From positions 1,312,001 through 1,376,000 of the forward strand of contig OZ241889.1 in assembly GCA_965203355.1 (NCBI GenBank): 64,000 nucleotides of DNA, written 5' to 3'. Shown piece after piece: positions 7,679-17,402 of this stretch; positions within the stretch are counted from its first letter, which is position 1; the number at the start of each line of letters is the position of its first letter. The notes below the pieces were generated by a model. That model had not been told where the DNA came from, did no database searches, and saw only the letters and a list, made by a program, of their open reading frames with translations. Made by a program: the position numbers and the translations under genes. The DNA is from Candidatus Latescibacterota bacterium (GTDB lineage Bacteria; Latescibacterota; UBA2968; UBA8231).

Positions 7679-9502
7679 TCACGAATGCTCAGGCAGAACC
7701 TCGGGTAGCAATTTCTCTAACTCGGCCAACGGGGCCTCCAAAGTCTGGATGGCCTCGGTCCAGAACCGAGTGTCTTCGAGGTCTCGGCCCAAGGCCCGGC
7801 GCGCCACGCCTTCGGCGGTGTCGCTGCCAGTGAGGCGGAGAAATTCCTCGTAGCGGGGGAGAAAGTCGCTACCCTCTTGTTTAAATATTGAATACAGGCC
7901 GCGGCTGAGTAGGAAGCCGAAGGTATAAGGGAAGTTGTAGAAGGTCACGCCGGTGATGTAGAAGTGGAGTTTCGAGGCCCAGAAGTAGGGGTCTTCGCCT
8001 CCCTCGGCGAGTGCGTTGCCAAAGACTTCGCGCTGGGTTTCGACCATTAGCTCTTTGAGGCGGCTGACCGTGAGTTCGCCGGCTCCGCGTTCCTCGTAGA
8101 GCTTTTTCTCGAACTGGTAGCGCACGGGGATGTCGAGCAGAAAAATTGCGCCGTGGCCGATTTCTTGGTCGAGGGCGCTGGCCTTTTGGGCCGGGCTGAA
8201 GGAAGGGTCGGCGAGGATGCCTTCGGTGAGGATCATTTCGCCGAAGGTAGAGGCCGATTCGGCCAGCGTCATCGGGTAGAAGTGGGCGTAGGTGCGCACG
8301 TCGCGCATGATGTAGCTGTGAAAAGCGTGGCCGACCTCGTGAGCGAGCGTGAGTACATCGCCTAGGGTGTCGTTGTAGGTCATATAGACGCGGGACTCGC
8401 GGGTCAACAGCGAACCCGTGCAAAAGGCACCGGGCCGTTTGCCGGGGCGGGGCGCGTGTTCGATCCACTGGCGTTGGCAGGCTTGGCTGAGGAACTCGCC
8501 TAGGCGTGGGTAGGCCGCTGCAAAGGAGCGGGCGACGAGGGCCGTGCCCTGTTCCCAAGAAAGCGGCCCTTGGTCTGACAGCGGCAGCGGTGCGCTCAGG
8601 TCGTACCAAGCAACGCCCTCGGTGCCCATGAGTTGGGCCTTGACGGCGAGAATGCGGCGCGGCAGTTCGATTTGCTCGGCGATGGCTGCGAACATCGCGT
8701 CGAGGGTCTTGGGCGAAATCGACGCTTGGAAGCGAGCGACATCGAGAAAGTGATCCACGCCGCGATGGTGGTTTAGGGTCAGCCGCGTCCCCGAGATGGC
8801 ATTAAGCGCGGCCGCGGCGACGTCTTCCATACTTTCCCAGGCTCGGTTGCCGCCAGCGAAGGCGGCTTGGCGGATTCGGCGGTCGGGGTCTTCCATCAGG
8901 GCGCGGCGCTGCGACATGGGGCGGCGCTCGGTGCGCCCGTCGGGAAACGCCATGTCGAATTCGAGTTTGCTGGAGACCGAGTCGTAGAGGCGGCCCCAAG
9001 CGTGGAGACCGTCGACGCCGAGGTCGGCCGAGAGCACCTCCTTCTCCGGGCTCATGGTGCGCTGTGCTTCTTGGCGCTGGCGGCGGAGGAAGTGGCCGCA
9101 GTCGGCCAAGGCGGGCCGTTGGGTAAACTGAGCAAAAATTTCGTCGGAGGCGTCCTTGAGCGCACGCAGGAGTTCGACATCGAGCTTTGCGCTCTCGGCC
9201 GCTAGCAGGGCAAAGGATGCCTCCTCGCGGGCGTAGTTTTCATTGCGGGCGTCTGCCGCGGTGAGGCAGCCGAGGTAGGAGCCTAGATGGGAGAGGCGGT
9301 CAGTCAGGCCCTCCGTCAGGAGAAAGATAGCTTCCCAAGCGTCGGCATTGTCCTCGGCAAGCGGTGCGAGGGCGGTAGCTTGCTGTCGCACCGCCGCCAG
9401 ATCCCGTTGCAGTTCCTCTTTGAACTGCCGCATGGCCGAGCCGTCAAATTCAGCGAAATAGCTCGTCAGATCCCAGTCCATGATTGCTGGAGTAGTGGTC
9501 AT
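7679..9502 (-). CDS. pepF: Oligoendopeptidase F (peptidase M3B)
   Basis: WDLT N-terminus, GKRPGAFC, HEVGH zincin motif, AESAS and FYNFPYTFG. Confidence 0.9.
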   Translation of the reverse strand: MTTTPAIMDWDLTSYFAEFDGSAMRQFKEELQRDLAAVRQQATALAPLAEDNADAWEAIFLLTEGLTDRLSHLGSYLGCLTAADARNENYAREEASFALLAAESAKLDVELLRALKDASDEIFAQFTQRPALADCGHFLRRQRQEAQRTMSPEKEVLSADLGVDGLHAWGRLYDSVSSKLEFDMAFPDGRTERRPMSQRRALMEDPDRRIRQAAFAGGNRAWESMEDVAAAALNAISGTRLTLNHHRGVDHFLDVARFQASISPKTLDAMFAAIAEQIELPRRILAVKAQLMGTEGVAWYDLSAPLPLSDQGPLSWEQGTALVARSFAAAYPRLGEFLSQACQRQWIEHAPRPGKRPGAFCTGSLLTRESRVYMTYNDTLGDVLTLAHEVGHAFHSYIMRDVRTYAHFYPMTLAESASTFGEMILTEGILADPSFSPAQKASALDQEIGHGAIFLLDIPVRYQFEKKLYEERGAGELTVSRLKELMVETQREVFGNALAEGGEDPYFWASKLHFYITGVTFYNFPYTFGFLLSRGLYSIFKQEGSDFLPRYEEFLRLTGSDTAEGVARRALGRDLEDTRFWTEAIQTLEAPLAELEKLLPEVLPEHS

Positions 9503-9798
9503 AGGGCGTTTTCCTTGCTGTGATGTAAGTGTCGATTAAAAGTAACAGCACCCGCTGGTACAAAGGCAAATTGTAGTCCCGCAGGTATCTGCTAGGAGCC
9601 GCCGAGCTAGGGACGAGCGCGATCTGCGCGGCTTGGCGACTTTGGTGGAGGCGGATGGTGGAATTCGCCGCCACACTGTGCCGCAGGTCGCGCAAGCGGT
9701 TCGATTCTTGCTGATGTTCAAAATAGTATGTATCCAGACGCGACGTACGCGTGATTGGCCGGGCTTGGGTAGCCATCAGGTAGGACGCGGACGATTGT

Positions 9799-11535
9799 CT
9801 AACCAAAGGAGAGTTCCATTTGTCGATCATCGGGCGAATCAGTCATTCCCTTGTCGCCGACCGCGCTACACACCTCGCCCCAGTCGATGAAGTATTCGTC
9901 AAAGTAGCGGATTGGATATCTGCTAAATTTAATGACGTCTTCTCGGGCAGGTCGGCGCCCCAGTCTGATAGCAATTTCTTTGACTTCGATCTGTAGTGTT
10001 TTTTTAGGTACTTCGTACTTCCTTTTTTGCAGTCGTGAAACCCTACTGTTTTTTGACTTTGGAGTGGCATTGTTTTTGGCAAATGGGTCTCTACCTCGCT
10101 TTAGATCCAAGTGTCTTTGCTCAGCAATAGCGTGATATTTAGCCGATAGTTCAATGCCAATAAATTTTCTACCGAGCATCTCGGCGATTAAGGTCGTCGT
10201 TCCTGCGCCGTTAAAAGGATCTAAGACAAGCTCGCTCTCTTTGGTAAAAGTGTGGATGAGTCGTTTCATCAAAGATGGTGGTAGTTGACACGGATGATCC
10301 ACTCTTTTTGAATTGTGCTTTAGCCTGTGTATATCCCACCACAAATTCCCAATAGGCTGTCGATCTGTAATTTGGGCTGCATTTCTCTTTTTAATACAAG
10401 AGGCTCTAACACAGTACCATTGTTTGAGGCTCATAAAATCTTGCGAATTTTCCCAATAGGCGTCTTTCTCGTAATTGGCAATTTCAACTGGACGACCTTT
10501 ACTGAGGCAAATTATTCCGTAGTGTGCCGGCATGATTTTTCGGACAGGTAAGCTCAATCCTTCCCAAGCGATCCAATCTTGGTAGTCTAAAATACTTTTC
10601 GCGAACGAAAAATGCCTGACGATCCAGAGAGGAATATTTATAATTGCAAGAGTCCGACCGGGTTTCAAGACTCTAGCTGATTCAGATATCCACTGATCGC
10701 ACCAAGAAAAATAGTCGCTGATATTTTGATCGTCATTCCAATTATCATATTTTTTTTTAATGTTATACGGCGGATCAGCAAAGATAAAATCTACGGAATT
10801 TTCGGGAATGGTTCTTAGGACATCTAAGCAATCTCCGTTGAGTAGACGACTCTCACCCGGGCTGGTAATCGTTCCATTTGAAGTTCGGATTTTTCTCTTA
10901 TTAGAAAATACAAGGAAGTTCCTGACATCATAGTAAATAAGCTGGCGATAAGGTTCGTACCCAAAGAGATCCGTTAGTCTTTTCAGAATAGTTCTCGGTT
11001 CTAAGTCATTATCATAATAAATGTCGCGCCAAATATCAGACATAAGCGTCCCATAGGGACTATAAATATGTTTTTTGCCTCCGTAATCTTTTGTTGTCTT
11101 GTTGCAAGCAGGGCAGTACGTATATGCTATTTGGGTCTTATTATGTTTCAAAGAAGCCTTATAACGGGTAAAGACTAAGAGGGCAATATGACTATCTGGC
11201 AATGTCCCAGATCGAAATATTTCTTGTTGGCGTTTAATAGCAATCCAAAGTTTAAAATGAATGCGGTTCTGAAGTTCTTCTATTACATAGCAAGCTGTGT
11301 GAGGGTTTGTTAAAAAACAAATTGTACTCTCTTCAGGCAACTTTTTAATGAAATCGTCAAAATCTTGATTGAAGAATTCCATAGAGACATTATCGTCGAA
11401 ATCAATTTCTGTAGCTAAATGAAAAAGCCATACATCTGGCCGTGATGATTTTGACGATAATTTTTGAAAACCTTCAAATGCTCTTATTGATATATCTAAG
11501 GATTTACAGTTTTCACTCCGGTGAGTCATTTTCAT
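9799..11535 (-). CDS. Type II DNA amino-methyltransferase (beta class) with extra N- and C-terminal domains
   Basis: FADPPY, HPCQLP and DPFNGAGTT. Start set at MKMTH after GGAG, overlapping the REase stop. AT-rich. Confidence 0.88.
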   Translation of the reverse strand: MKMTHRSENCKSLDISIRAFEGFQKLSSKSSRPDVWLFHLATEIDFDDNVSMEFFNQDFDDFIKKLPEESTICFLTNPHTACYVIEELQNRIHFKLWIAIKRQQEIFRSGTLPDSHIALLVFTRYKASLKHNKTQIAYTYCPACNKTTKDYGGKKHIYSPYGTLMSDIWRDIYYDNDLEPRTILKRLTDLFGYEPYRQLIYYDVRNFLVFSNKRKIRTSNGTITSPGESRLLNGDCLDVLRTIPENSVDFIFADPPYNIKKKYDNWNDDQNISDYFSWCDQWISESARVLKPGRTLAIINIPLWIVRHFSFAKSILDYQDWIAWEGLSLPVRKIMPAHYGIICLSKGRPVEIANYEKDAYWENSQDFMSLKQWYCVRASCIKKRNAAQITDRQPIGNLWWDIHRLKHNSKRVDHPCQLPPSLMKRLIHTFTKESELVLDPFNGAGTTTLIAEMLGRKFIGIELSAKYHAIAEQRHLDLKRGRDPFAKNNATPKSKNSRVSRLQKRKYEVPKKTLQIEVKEIAIRLGRRPAREDVIKFSRYPIRYFDEYFIDWGEVCSAVGDKGMTDSPDDRQMELSFG

Positions 11536-12550
11536 TGTCTCCTTCCATAGTTCCTGCGAGACGTCTGATGTCATTGTCGCTAAAATTGATAATACAATCG
11601 CTGTAGTCGATTAAGTCCTTCACAAAAGATCGACGTTCAAAATTACCTGCACCATCAACTACATATGCAATTTTATACCCTTTTTCGTGAAGAAGCCGTT
11701 GTCTATCAGGAGCAAGTTTGGCTTTTCTCTCTACTACACTATTTGTCGTAAACTGGAAGCTCACTTCAATACCCCAATAGTTACCACTAGGACTTTTGCT
11801 GACGATGTCAAATGTTATATCTGTTCTACCCTCATTTTGGCTGATACCTGGAATCGTAGTCTGTGAAAAATCCCAACTTGGAAGATACTGAGCCAAACGC
11901 TCCTTGATATAGTTTTGAGCTAGGTGCCCCATCCTATTAGATGTTGCTCCTCCAGTAATTCTACTAACCCATATATACCTTTCTTTAATGTATTTTTCTA
12001 GCTTTGGCTTATCGCCAAGCATTGAACCAATCATACATTTATTTTCGATTTCCTCTGGCAAGAAGTCGTTTGTTGACAAACTGCCAAATAAAATCAAGGT
12101 ACTTACGTCCATAATGGCGTCTGTAAGATCAAAACACTGCTGCAGTCCCTCGCCGTCAAGCCCCAAGCTGAGATTGCTCCATTTCTTGCCAGAAAAAAGA
12201 GATTTCATCCTATGCTCGTAATTTCTACCACGGAAGATAAATCTGAAATCCTCACACTTAAATTTATTCGGAAGATCCGAGGCAAAGCGTTTTAAGTTTT
12301 CTCCACCAATATCAGATAAAATGCAAAGATGTTTTAAGAAAAGATTTGGATAGAGATCTTCAACAAAATCTAAAATTCTGGTCCAACCATAAGGATCTTT
12401 AGATGCAAGATGCAGTACGCTTATAAAACTGTCCTGCGTTTTGATAAGCAACGGAATAATACTAGAACTTTTCTCTTGCTTGGCGATTTCAGCGGGCCAA
12501 TAAATTGCAGCTTTCTCCTGCAGTTCCTCTACTGTTTTAGGATTAGACAT
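11513..12550 (-). CDS. Type II restriction endonuclease, BanI/HgiCI-like
   Basis: Motifs NLFLKHL, ERYIWVSRITGG, TFDIV…IEVSFQFTTNSVVERK and YVVDGAGNF match R.BanI as I recall it. Coupled to the MTase gene. Confidence 0.8.
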   Translation of the reverse strand: MSNPKTVEELQEKAAIYWPAEIAKQEKSSSIIPLLIKTQDSFISVLHLASKDPYGWTRILDFVEDLYPNLFLKHLCILSDIGGENLKRFASDLPNKFKCEDFRFIFRGRNYEHRMKSLFSGKKWSNLSLGLDGEGLQQCFDLTDAIMDVSTLILFGSLSTNDFLPEEIENKCMIGSMLGDKPKLEKYIKERYIWVSRITGGATSNRMGHLAQNYIKERLAQYLPSWDFSQTTIPGISQNEGRTDITFDIVSKSPSGNYWGIEVSFQFTTNSVVERKAKLAPDRQRLLHEKGYKIAYVVDGAGNFERRSFVKDLIDYSDCIINFSDNDIRRLAGTMEGDNENDSPE

Positions 12551-12632
12551 CGCTCAGTCATCCATTTTTAAGTAAAAGTACGGTCTATTGATAATAAAAT
12601 AAAAAATATCCGTCCAACAGTCTGAGCCCGCT

Positions 12633-14522
12633 TCACAACAACTGGCAACCTTCCAATTCTTTGGTACTCAGGCGGATGCCTCCGGCGCGGAGCCCGCGCA
12701 CGGGATATTCGCTGATAGGGAAAACCTCGTTGAGCTTGCGGAGGCGCGGCTTGGGCTTGTAGTCGAGGGCGACCTTTTTGTCAGAGTCGGTGGTCAGCTT
12801 GAGCACCTTGCACTCGGCGGGCACGAGATCATAGCTGCGTCCTAAGATGAACTTGTCGATGGTGCAGCGCTTGATGTAGGACGCTCCGGCTTTGTCCTTG
12901 TAGACGACGGTGAAAACTAGGTCCTTGTCGATCAAGCCGCAGTGAAGTAAGCCCTTGCCGACGAAGAGTTTGTCCGGCACTTGGATGACCGAGTAGGTGC
13001 CGTCCTTGCGGATGGCGAGCACCGAGTCGTAGAGCGATACGTCGCAGACAGCAGTGCCGCTGATTTGGTGGCCGAGATAGCCGGTCTTTCTGTCGTAGCG
13101 GAGCTTGAGGTCGCGGTTGGCAGCCGAGCGCGCATCAACTCTTTCGATTCCCACGATTTCGGTGCGACGCGGGAATTGGCTGCGGTATTTGTCGATGAGG
13201 TCTTGGATAAAGGCGATGGTGTAGGGAATGATGCCATCCAAATGCTTTTTGATCTGGCGCAGTTGAACGCGGATTTCCTTCATCTCTGCTTGGGCGCGAC
13301 TGATGTCGTAGCGCGAGATGCGACGGATCGGAATTTTGAGCAGGGTCTCGATGTCGTCGTCGGTGATGTCGCGTTTGAACTGCGGGGCAAAAGGCCAAAG
13401 CCCGGTGCGTACGGCCAAGGCGACTTCGTCTGTGGTGGTCTGCTCTTCAATGGCCTTATAGATGCGGTTTTCGATGAATATATGCTCGAGGGTCTTGGCG
13501 TGGAGCTTGTCGTTGAGTTGCTCGGTTGTGAGCTGGAGCTCGGCCTTGAGGATGGCGACGAGGCGATCGACGTTGTGTTGCAGAACTTCAGTGGTGCTCA
13601 TGACTTGTGGGCGATTGTGCTCGTTGATCAACATCAGGTTGGCTGAAATCGATAGCTCGCAATCGGTGAAGGCGTAGAGCGCATCCACGACCTCTTCGGT
13701 GTACGTGCCGCGCGGCAGCTTGATTTCGATCTCGACGTTTTCGGCCGTGTAGTCGGAGATGGTGCCGATCTTGATTTTGTTTTTGCGTGCGGCGTCTTCT
13801 ATGGAGGCGATGAGTTGTTCGGTAGTGGTGCCGAAGGGCAGTTCGCGGATGACGATGCGCTTGGGGTCGGAGGTGTCGAGCCGGGCGCGGACTAAGGCTT
13901 TGCCGTTGCCGTCGTTGTAGGCGGAAAAATCGGCTAGGCCGCCGGTGGGGAAATCGGGACGGATTTGGAAGGGGCGGTCTTGCAAATAGGCGATTTGGGC
14001 TTCTAACAGTTCGATGAGATTGTGCGGCAATATCTTGGTCGCCATGCCGACGGCGATACCTTCGGCTCCTTGGGCTAACAGCACCGGGATTTTGGCGGGG
14101 AAAACCACTGGCTCCTGATTGCGACCGTCGTAGGAGTCGATGTAGTCGGTCAGTGCCTTGTTGAAGAGCACCTGTTTGGCCAGTGGCGTGAGCTGGCACT
14201 CGATATAGCGGGCGGCCGCGGCTTCATCGCCGGTGTAGATGTTGCCGAAGTTGCCCTGTTTTTCGATGAAGAGATCCTTGTTGGCCAACACTATGAGCGC
14301 ACCGTAGATCGATTGGTCGCCGTGCGGGTGGTACTGCATGGTCTGGCCTACGACATTGGCGACCTTGTGGAATTTGCCGTCGTCGATCTTGTGCAGCGCG
14401 TGCAGGATGCGGCGTTGGACGGGTTTGAGCCCGTCGTCAATGTGCGGAATCGCACGGTCCTTGATGTAGTAGGAAGCGTATTCGAGGAAGTAGTTATCGT
14501 AGAGGCTGTCGATGTAGGCCAT
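12633..14522 (-). CDS. parC: DNA topoisomerase IV subunit A
   Basis: DGLKPVQRR, YHPHGD and catalytic AARY. Short C-terminal domain with no GyrA box. Confidence 0.85.
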   Translation of the reverse strand: MAYIDSLYDNYFLEYASYYIKDRAIPHIDDGLKPVQRRILHALHKIDDGKFHKVANVVGQTMQYHPHGDQSIYGALIVLANKDLFIEKQGNFGNIYTGDEAAAARYIECQLTPLAKQVLFNKALTDYIDSYDGRNQEPVVFPAKIPVLLAQGAEGIAVGMATKILPHNLIELLEAQIAYLQDRPFQIRPDFPTGGLADFSAYNDGNGKALVRARLDTSDPKRIVIRELPFGTTTEQLIASIEDAARKNKIKIGTISDYTAENVEIEIKLPRGTYTEEVVDALYAFTDCELSISANLMLINEHNRPQVMSTTEVLQHNVDRLVAILKAELQLTTEQLNDKLHAKTLEHIFIENRIYKAIEEQTTTDEVALAVRTGLWPFAPQFKRDITDDDIETLLKIPIRRISRYDISRAQAEMKEIRVQLRQIKKHLDGIIPYTIAFIQDLIDKYRSQFPRRTEIVGIERVDARSAANRDLKLRYDRKTGYLGHQISGTAVCDVSLYDSVLAIRKDGTYSVIQVPDKLFVGKGLLHCGLIDKDLVFTVVYKDKAGASYIKRCTIDKFILGRSYDLVPAECKVLKLTTDSDKKVALDYKPKPRLRKLNEVFPISEYPVRGLRAGGIRLSTKELEGCQLL

Positions 14523-16345
14523 TAGACTAGATGCTCCATAATGTAGTCGCGGCGGTCAGGGGTGTTTTTGCCCATGTAGAACGAGAGGGTTTCGGGGACA
14601 GTGGCCAGCGAGCGGACCCCGACTTTGACCAGTCGCATATCGCCGTTGATAAACTGGCCAAACTCCTTGGGGGAAATCTCGCCAAGCCCCTTGAAGCGGG
14701 TGATTTCCGCGCTGCCTTTGAGCTTCTTTACAGCGTGTTGGCGCTCGTGTTCATCGTAGCAGTAGAGGGTCTTTTGTTTGTTGCGCACCCGGAAGAGCGG
14801 CGTCTCGAGGATATAGACGTGGCCGGAGGTGACCAGTTCTTCGAAATAGGTGAGGAAGAAGGTCATCAGGATATTGCGGATGTGAAAACCGTCCACATCC
14901 GCGTCGGTAGCGATGACGACTTGGTTGTAGCGCAGGTTGTCGATGTCTTCTTCGATCCCGAGGGCCATCATCATATTGTAGAGTTCTTCGTTTTTGTAGA
15001 TCGAGGCGCGGGTCTTGCCGAAGAGGTTTTGGGGCTTGCCTTTAAGGGTGTAGATGGCTTGGGTCTCGGGGTCGCGCGAGGAGACGATCGAGCCAGCGGC
15101 TGACTGCCCCTCGGCGATGAAGATCGTCGATTCTTCGCCGCGCTTCTTGTCGCCTTTGTGGTACTTACAGTCCTTGAGCTGGGGGATTTTGATCTCGATG
15201 CGCCGCGCCGCCTCCTTGGCTTCTTTTTTAACCGCGTTTAGTTCCTTGCGCAGCTTTTCGTTGTGGACGATACGCGCTTCGAGCTTTTGCGCGGTCTCGC
15301 GATTTTTGTGGAGGAAATCGACGATGGCTTCGCGGGTCTCGTTGACGATCCAGCCGCGGATGTCGGTATTGCCCAGTTTGTTTTTGGTCTGCGACTCAAA
15401 AACCGGCTCCTTGACCTTGACGGCGACAACGCCAAAGGCCCCGTCGCGCACATCAACGCCATTGAAGGTTTTCTTGTAAAACTCGTTGACGCCTTTGAGC
15501 ACGCCCTCGCGGAACGCGCTCTGATGCGTGCCGCCGTCGGCCGTGTACTGGCCGTTGACAAAGGAGCGGTAGGATTCGCCGTAGCTATCGACGTGCGTGA
15601 AGGCAAATTCGAGGTACTGGCCCTTGTGATAAGCGGGCGGATAGAGGTCCGAATTGCCGGCCTCGCTTTTGAGGAGGTCGAGCAAGCCCTGTTTGGACTC
15701 GAATTTTTGTCGGTTGAAGTACAGGCGCAGACCTCGGTTGAGGCAGGCGTAGTTCCACAGCCGGCGCTCGACGAACTCGTGGTTGAAGGCGTATTCGCCA
15801 AAGATGTCTGCATCGGGCAAAAACTCGACGTACGTGCCGTCGGGTTCGTTGGGTGCTCGGCTCTTGGTTTGCTTTTTTAGCTCGCCGCGCTCAAAGAACA
15901 CTTTGGCGCACTGGCCGTCGCGGTAGGAGCGGACAGTGAAGCGGGCGGAAAGCGCGTTGACAGCCTTGGTGCCGACGCCGTTGAGCCCGACGCTGAACTG
16001 GAAGACATCGTCGTTGTATTTGGCACCCGTGTTGATGACCGAGACGCACTCTGCTACTTTGCCGAGGGGAATGCCGCGGCCGTAGTCGCGGACTTGGACT
16101 CTCCCTTGGTCGATCTCGATGTCGACCTGCCTGCCACAGCCCATGATGAACTCATCGACGGCATTGTCGATGACCTCCTTGAGCAATATGTAGATTCCGT
16201 CGTCGGGATCGGCACCCGAGCCGAGTCGCCCGATGTACATGCCGGTCCGCAAGCGGATGTGCTCAAGTGAAGAGAGGGTTTTGATCTTGCTTTCGTCGTA
16301 TGTGGCCTTGCCGTTGGCGCGGCCGTTGGTCGGATTCTTGGCCAT
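14522..16345 (-). CDS. parE: DNA topoisomerase IV subunit B
   Basis: EVIDNAVDE, DYGRGIP, GLNGVG, EGQSA, TDADVDG and RFKGLGE. Start at MAKN (16345) or MEAM (16354). Confidence 0.87.
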   Translation of the reverse strand: MAKNPTNGRANGKATYDESKIKTLSSLEHIRLRTGMYIGRLGSGADPDDGIYILLKEVIDNAVDEFIMGCGRQVDIEIDQGRVQVRDYGRGIPLGKVAECVSVINTGAKYNDDVFQFSVGLNGVGTKAVNALSARFTVRSYRDGQCAKVFFERGELKKQTKSRAPNEPDGTYVEFLPDADIFGEYAFNHEFVERRLWNYACLNRGLRLYFNRQKFESKQGLLDLLKSEAGNSDLYPPAYHKGQYLEFAFTHVDSYGESYRSFVNGQYTADGGTHQSAFREGVLKGVNEFYKKTFNGVDVRDGAFGVVAVKVKEPVFESQTKNKLGNTDIRGWIVNETREAIVDFLHKNRETAQKLEARIVHNEKLRKELNAVKKEAKEAARRIEIKIPQLKDCKYHKGDKKRGEESTIFIAEGQSAAGSIVSSRDPETQAIYTLKGKPQNLFGKTRASIYKNEELYNMMMALGIEEDIDNLRYNQVVIATDADVDGFHIRNILMTFFLTYFEELVTSGHVYILETPLFRVRNKQKTLYCYDEHERQHAVKKLKGSAEITRFKGLGEISPKEFGQFINGDMRLVKVGVRSLATVPETLSFYMGKNTPDRRDYIMEHLV

Positions 16346-16898
16346 TGCTTCCATAAGAGATTTATAGTAGAACGAGCCGCGATTCCTAGGGAGGGACGCG
16401 CGACCGGCGGACAATGGGAGATTTAAGATGCAGGAGAGAGCAGGGAGGGGAGATGCTCTCCTTGGTGCGACTGCTAATTTAAGCAATTCTCCGCCTGTTT
16501 AATATAGTGAACATATATGCAGTTGTCAATCAAATGCGGGTGCGGGTGGCCGCATCAGTCTTAAAAGCAAGTTTTTTGAAATCGCAATAAGCGCAGGGGT
16601 TTTTACCTACTAAACAAGTGGTCAGGTTTATGGATGCTTTTATTTTCATGCACACGTTTTATAATTTTAATTTTTTCGGGTAAGCTCAAACTGACACACT
16701 AACCGGGTATGGGTAGCCGCGATGCCGTAGCTACTTTTTGTATCCCTTCGAGGACAATGGTGTTGCGGAGGTGATACACTTGGGCGTATCGCCTAGTTGG
16801 ATCGGAGACTATTGTCAAAAGCAGTATCATTATCTAACTCAATTATTTACAATTACTTAAAATAAAAATAGAGGCGATTTAGTTGTCTGGCGTACTTT

Positions 16899-16915
16899 TT
16901 GGCACGTTTTTCGCT
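16899..16915 (+). promoter_or_regulatory. Putative sigma-54 (-24/-12) promoter upstream of the RiPP precursor
   Basis: TTGGCACG-TTTT-TCGCT. GG (16901-2) and GC (16913-4) are separated by exactly 10 nt. Confidence 0.65.
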
Positions 16916-17068
16916 TTTATTCCCGCTGAAGCCTCAGCCGTGCTTCACAATATCAGCAGTATTAAAACATGGAAGCAAACAGAAGGTCGGCTGTTGCTCC
17001 ATTGCTGCTGTGTCGCATTTCAACCGACTACCAAACTAATGGCTGGTCCAGCCAAGGAGGAAAGCAAG

Positions 17069-17176
17069 ATGAAGCTCAGAATCGTATCTAAGCCTTTTGA
17101 AGGCTATATGTCGCCGGCAAGGCCCAAGAGTGCCTGCTGCTCCTGTCACTGTAACTGTTGTAGTGTCTGCTATTAG
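17069..17176 (+). CDS. RiPP (TOMM/linear azol(in)e peptide) precursor, 35 aa
   Basis: AAGGAGG at 17054-60, ATG at 17069. MKLRIVSKPFEGYMSPARPKSACCSCHCNCCSVCY has a Cys/Ser-rich C-terminus and lies directly before YcaO machinery. Confidence 0.9.
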   Translation: MKLRIVSKPFEGYMSPARPKSACCSCHCNCCSVCY

Positions 17177-17262
17177 TTACTATGTGAGATCTGCGATTGC
17201 ACATTATATCACTATGAAATATATTTTACGGCTGAGGATATTTTAATTATAAACGGTATTAT

Positions 17263-17300
17263 CCTGCCCGTAGTATTCTACGTTGATTACTACGGGCAGG
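17263..17300 (+). terminator. Stem-loop after precursor gene (leaky terminator or mRNA stabiliser)
   Basis: Perfect 13-bp stem CCTGCCCGTAGTA / TACTACGGGCAGG with a 12-nt loop and a weak U-tract. Confidence 0.65.
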
Positions 17301-17402
17301 GCTTATACTTAGCCTGAGACAAACGTCCTATTACTGCTGTGTATTGCATCAGCAGTTCGCGGCCAACTATGGTCAGCTAAATCACGCTAACCAGAAGAGA
17401 GA

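Noticed and set aside
9450-9830. 126-aa ORF between pepF and the MTase
   Set aside because: It has no recognisable motif and overlaps both neighbours. I cannot support it as a gene.
12633-16345. DNA gyrase gyrA/gyrB
   Set aside because: The A subunit is short with no GyrA box, which fits topoisomerase IV better.
16883-17068. 97-aa version of the precursor from the ORF track
   Set aside because: The strong AAGGAGG points to ATG 17069, and the longer start lies upstream of the sigma-54 motif.
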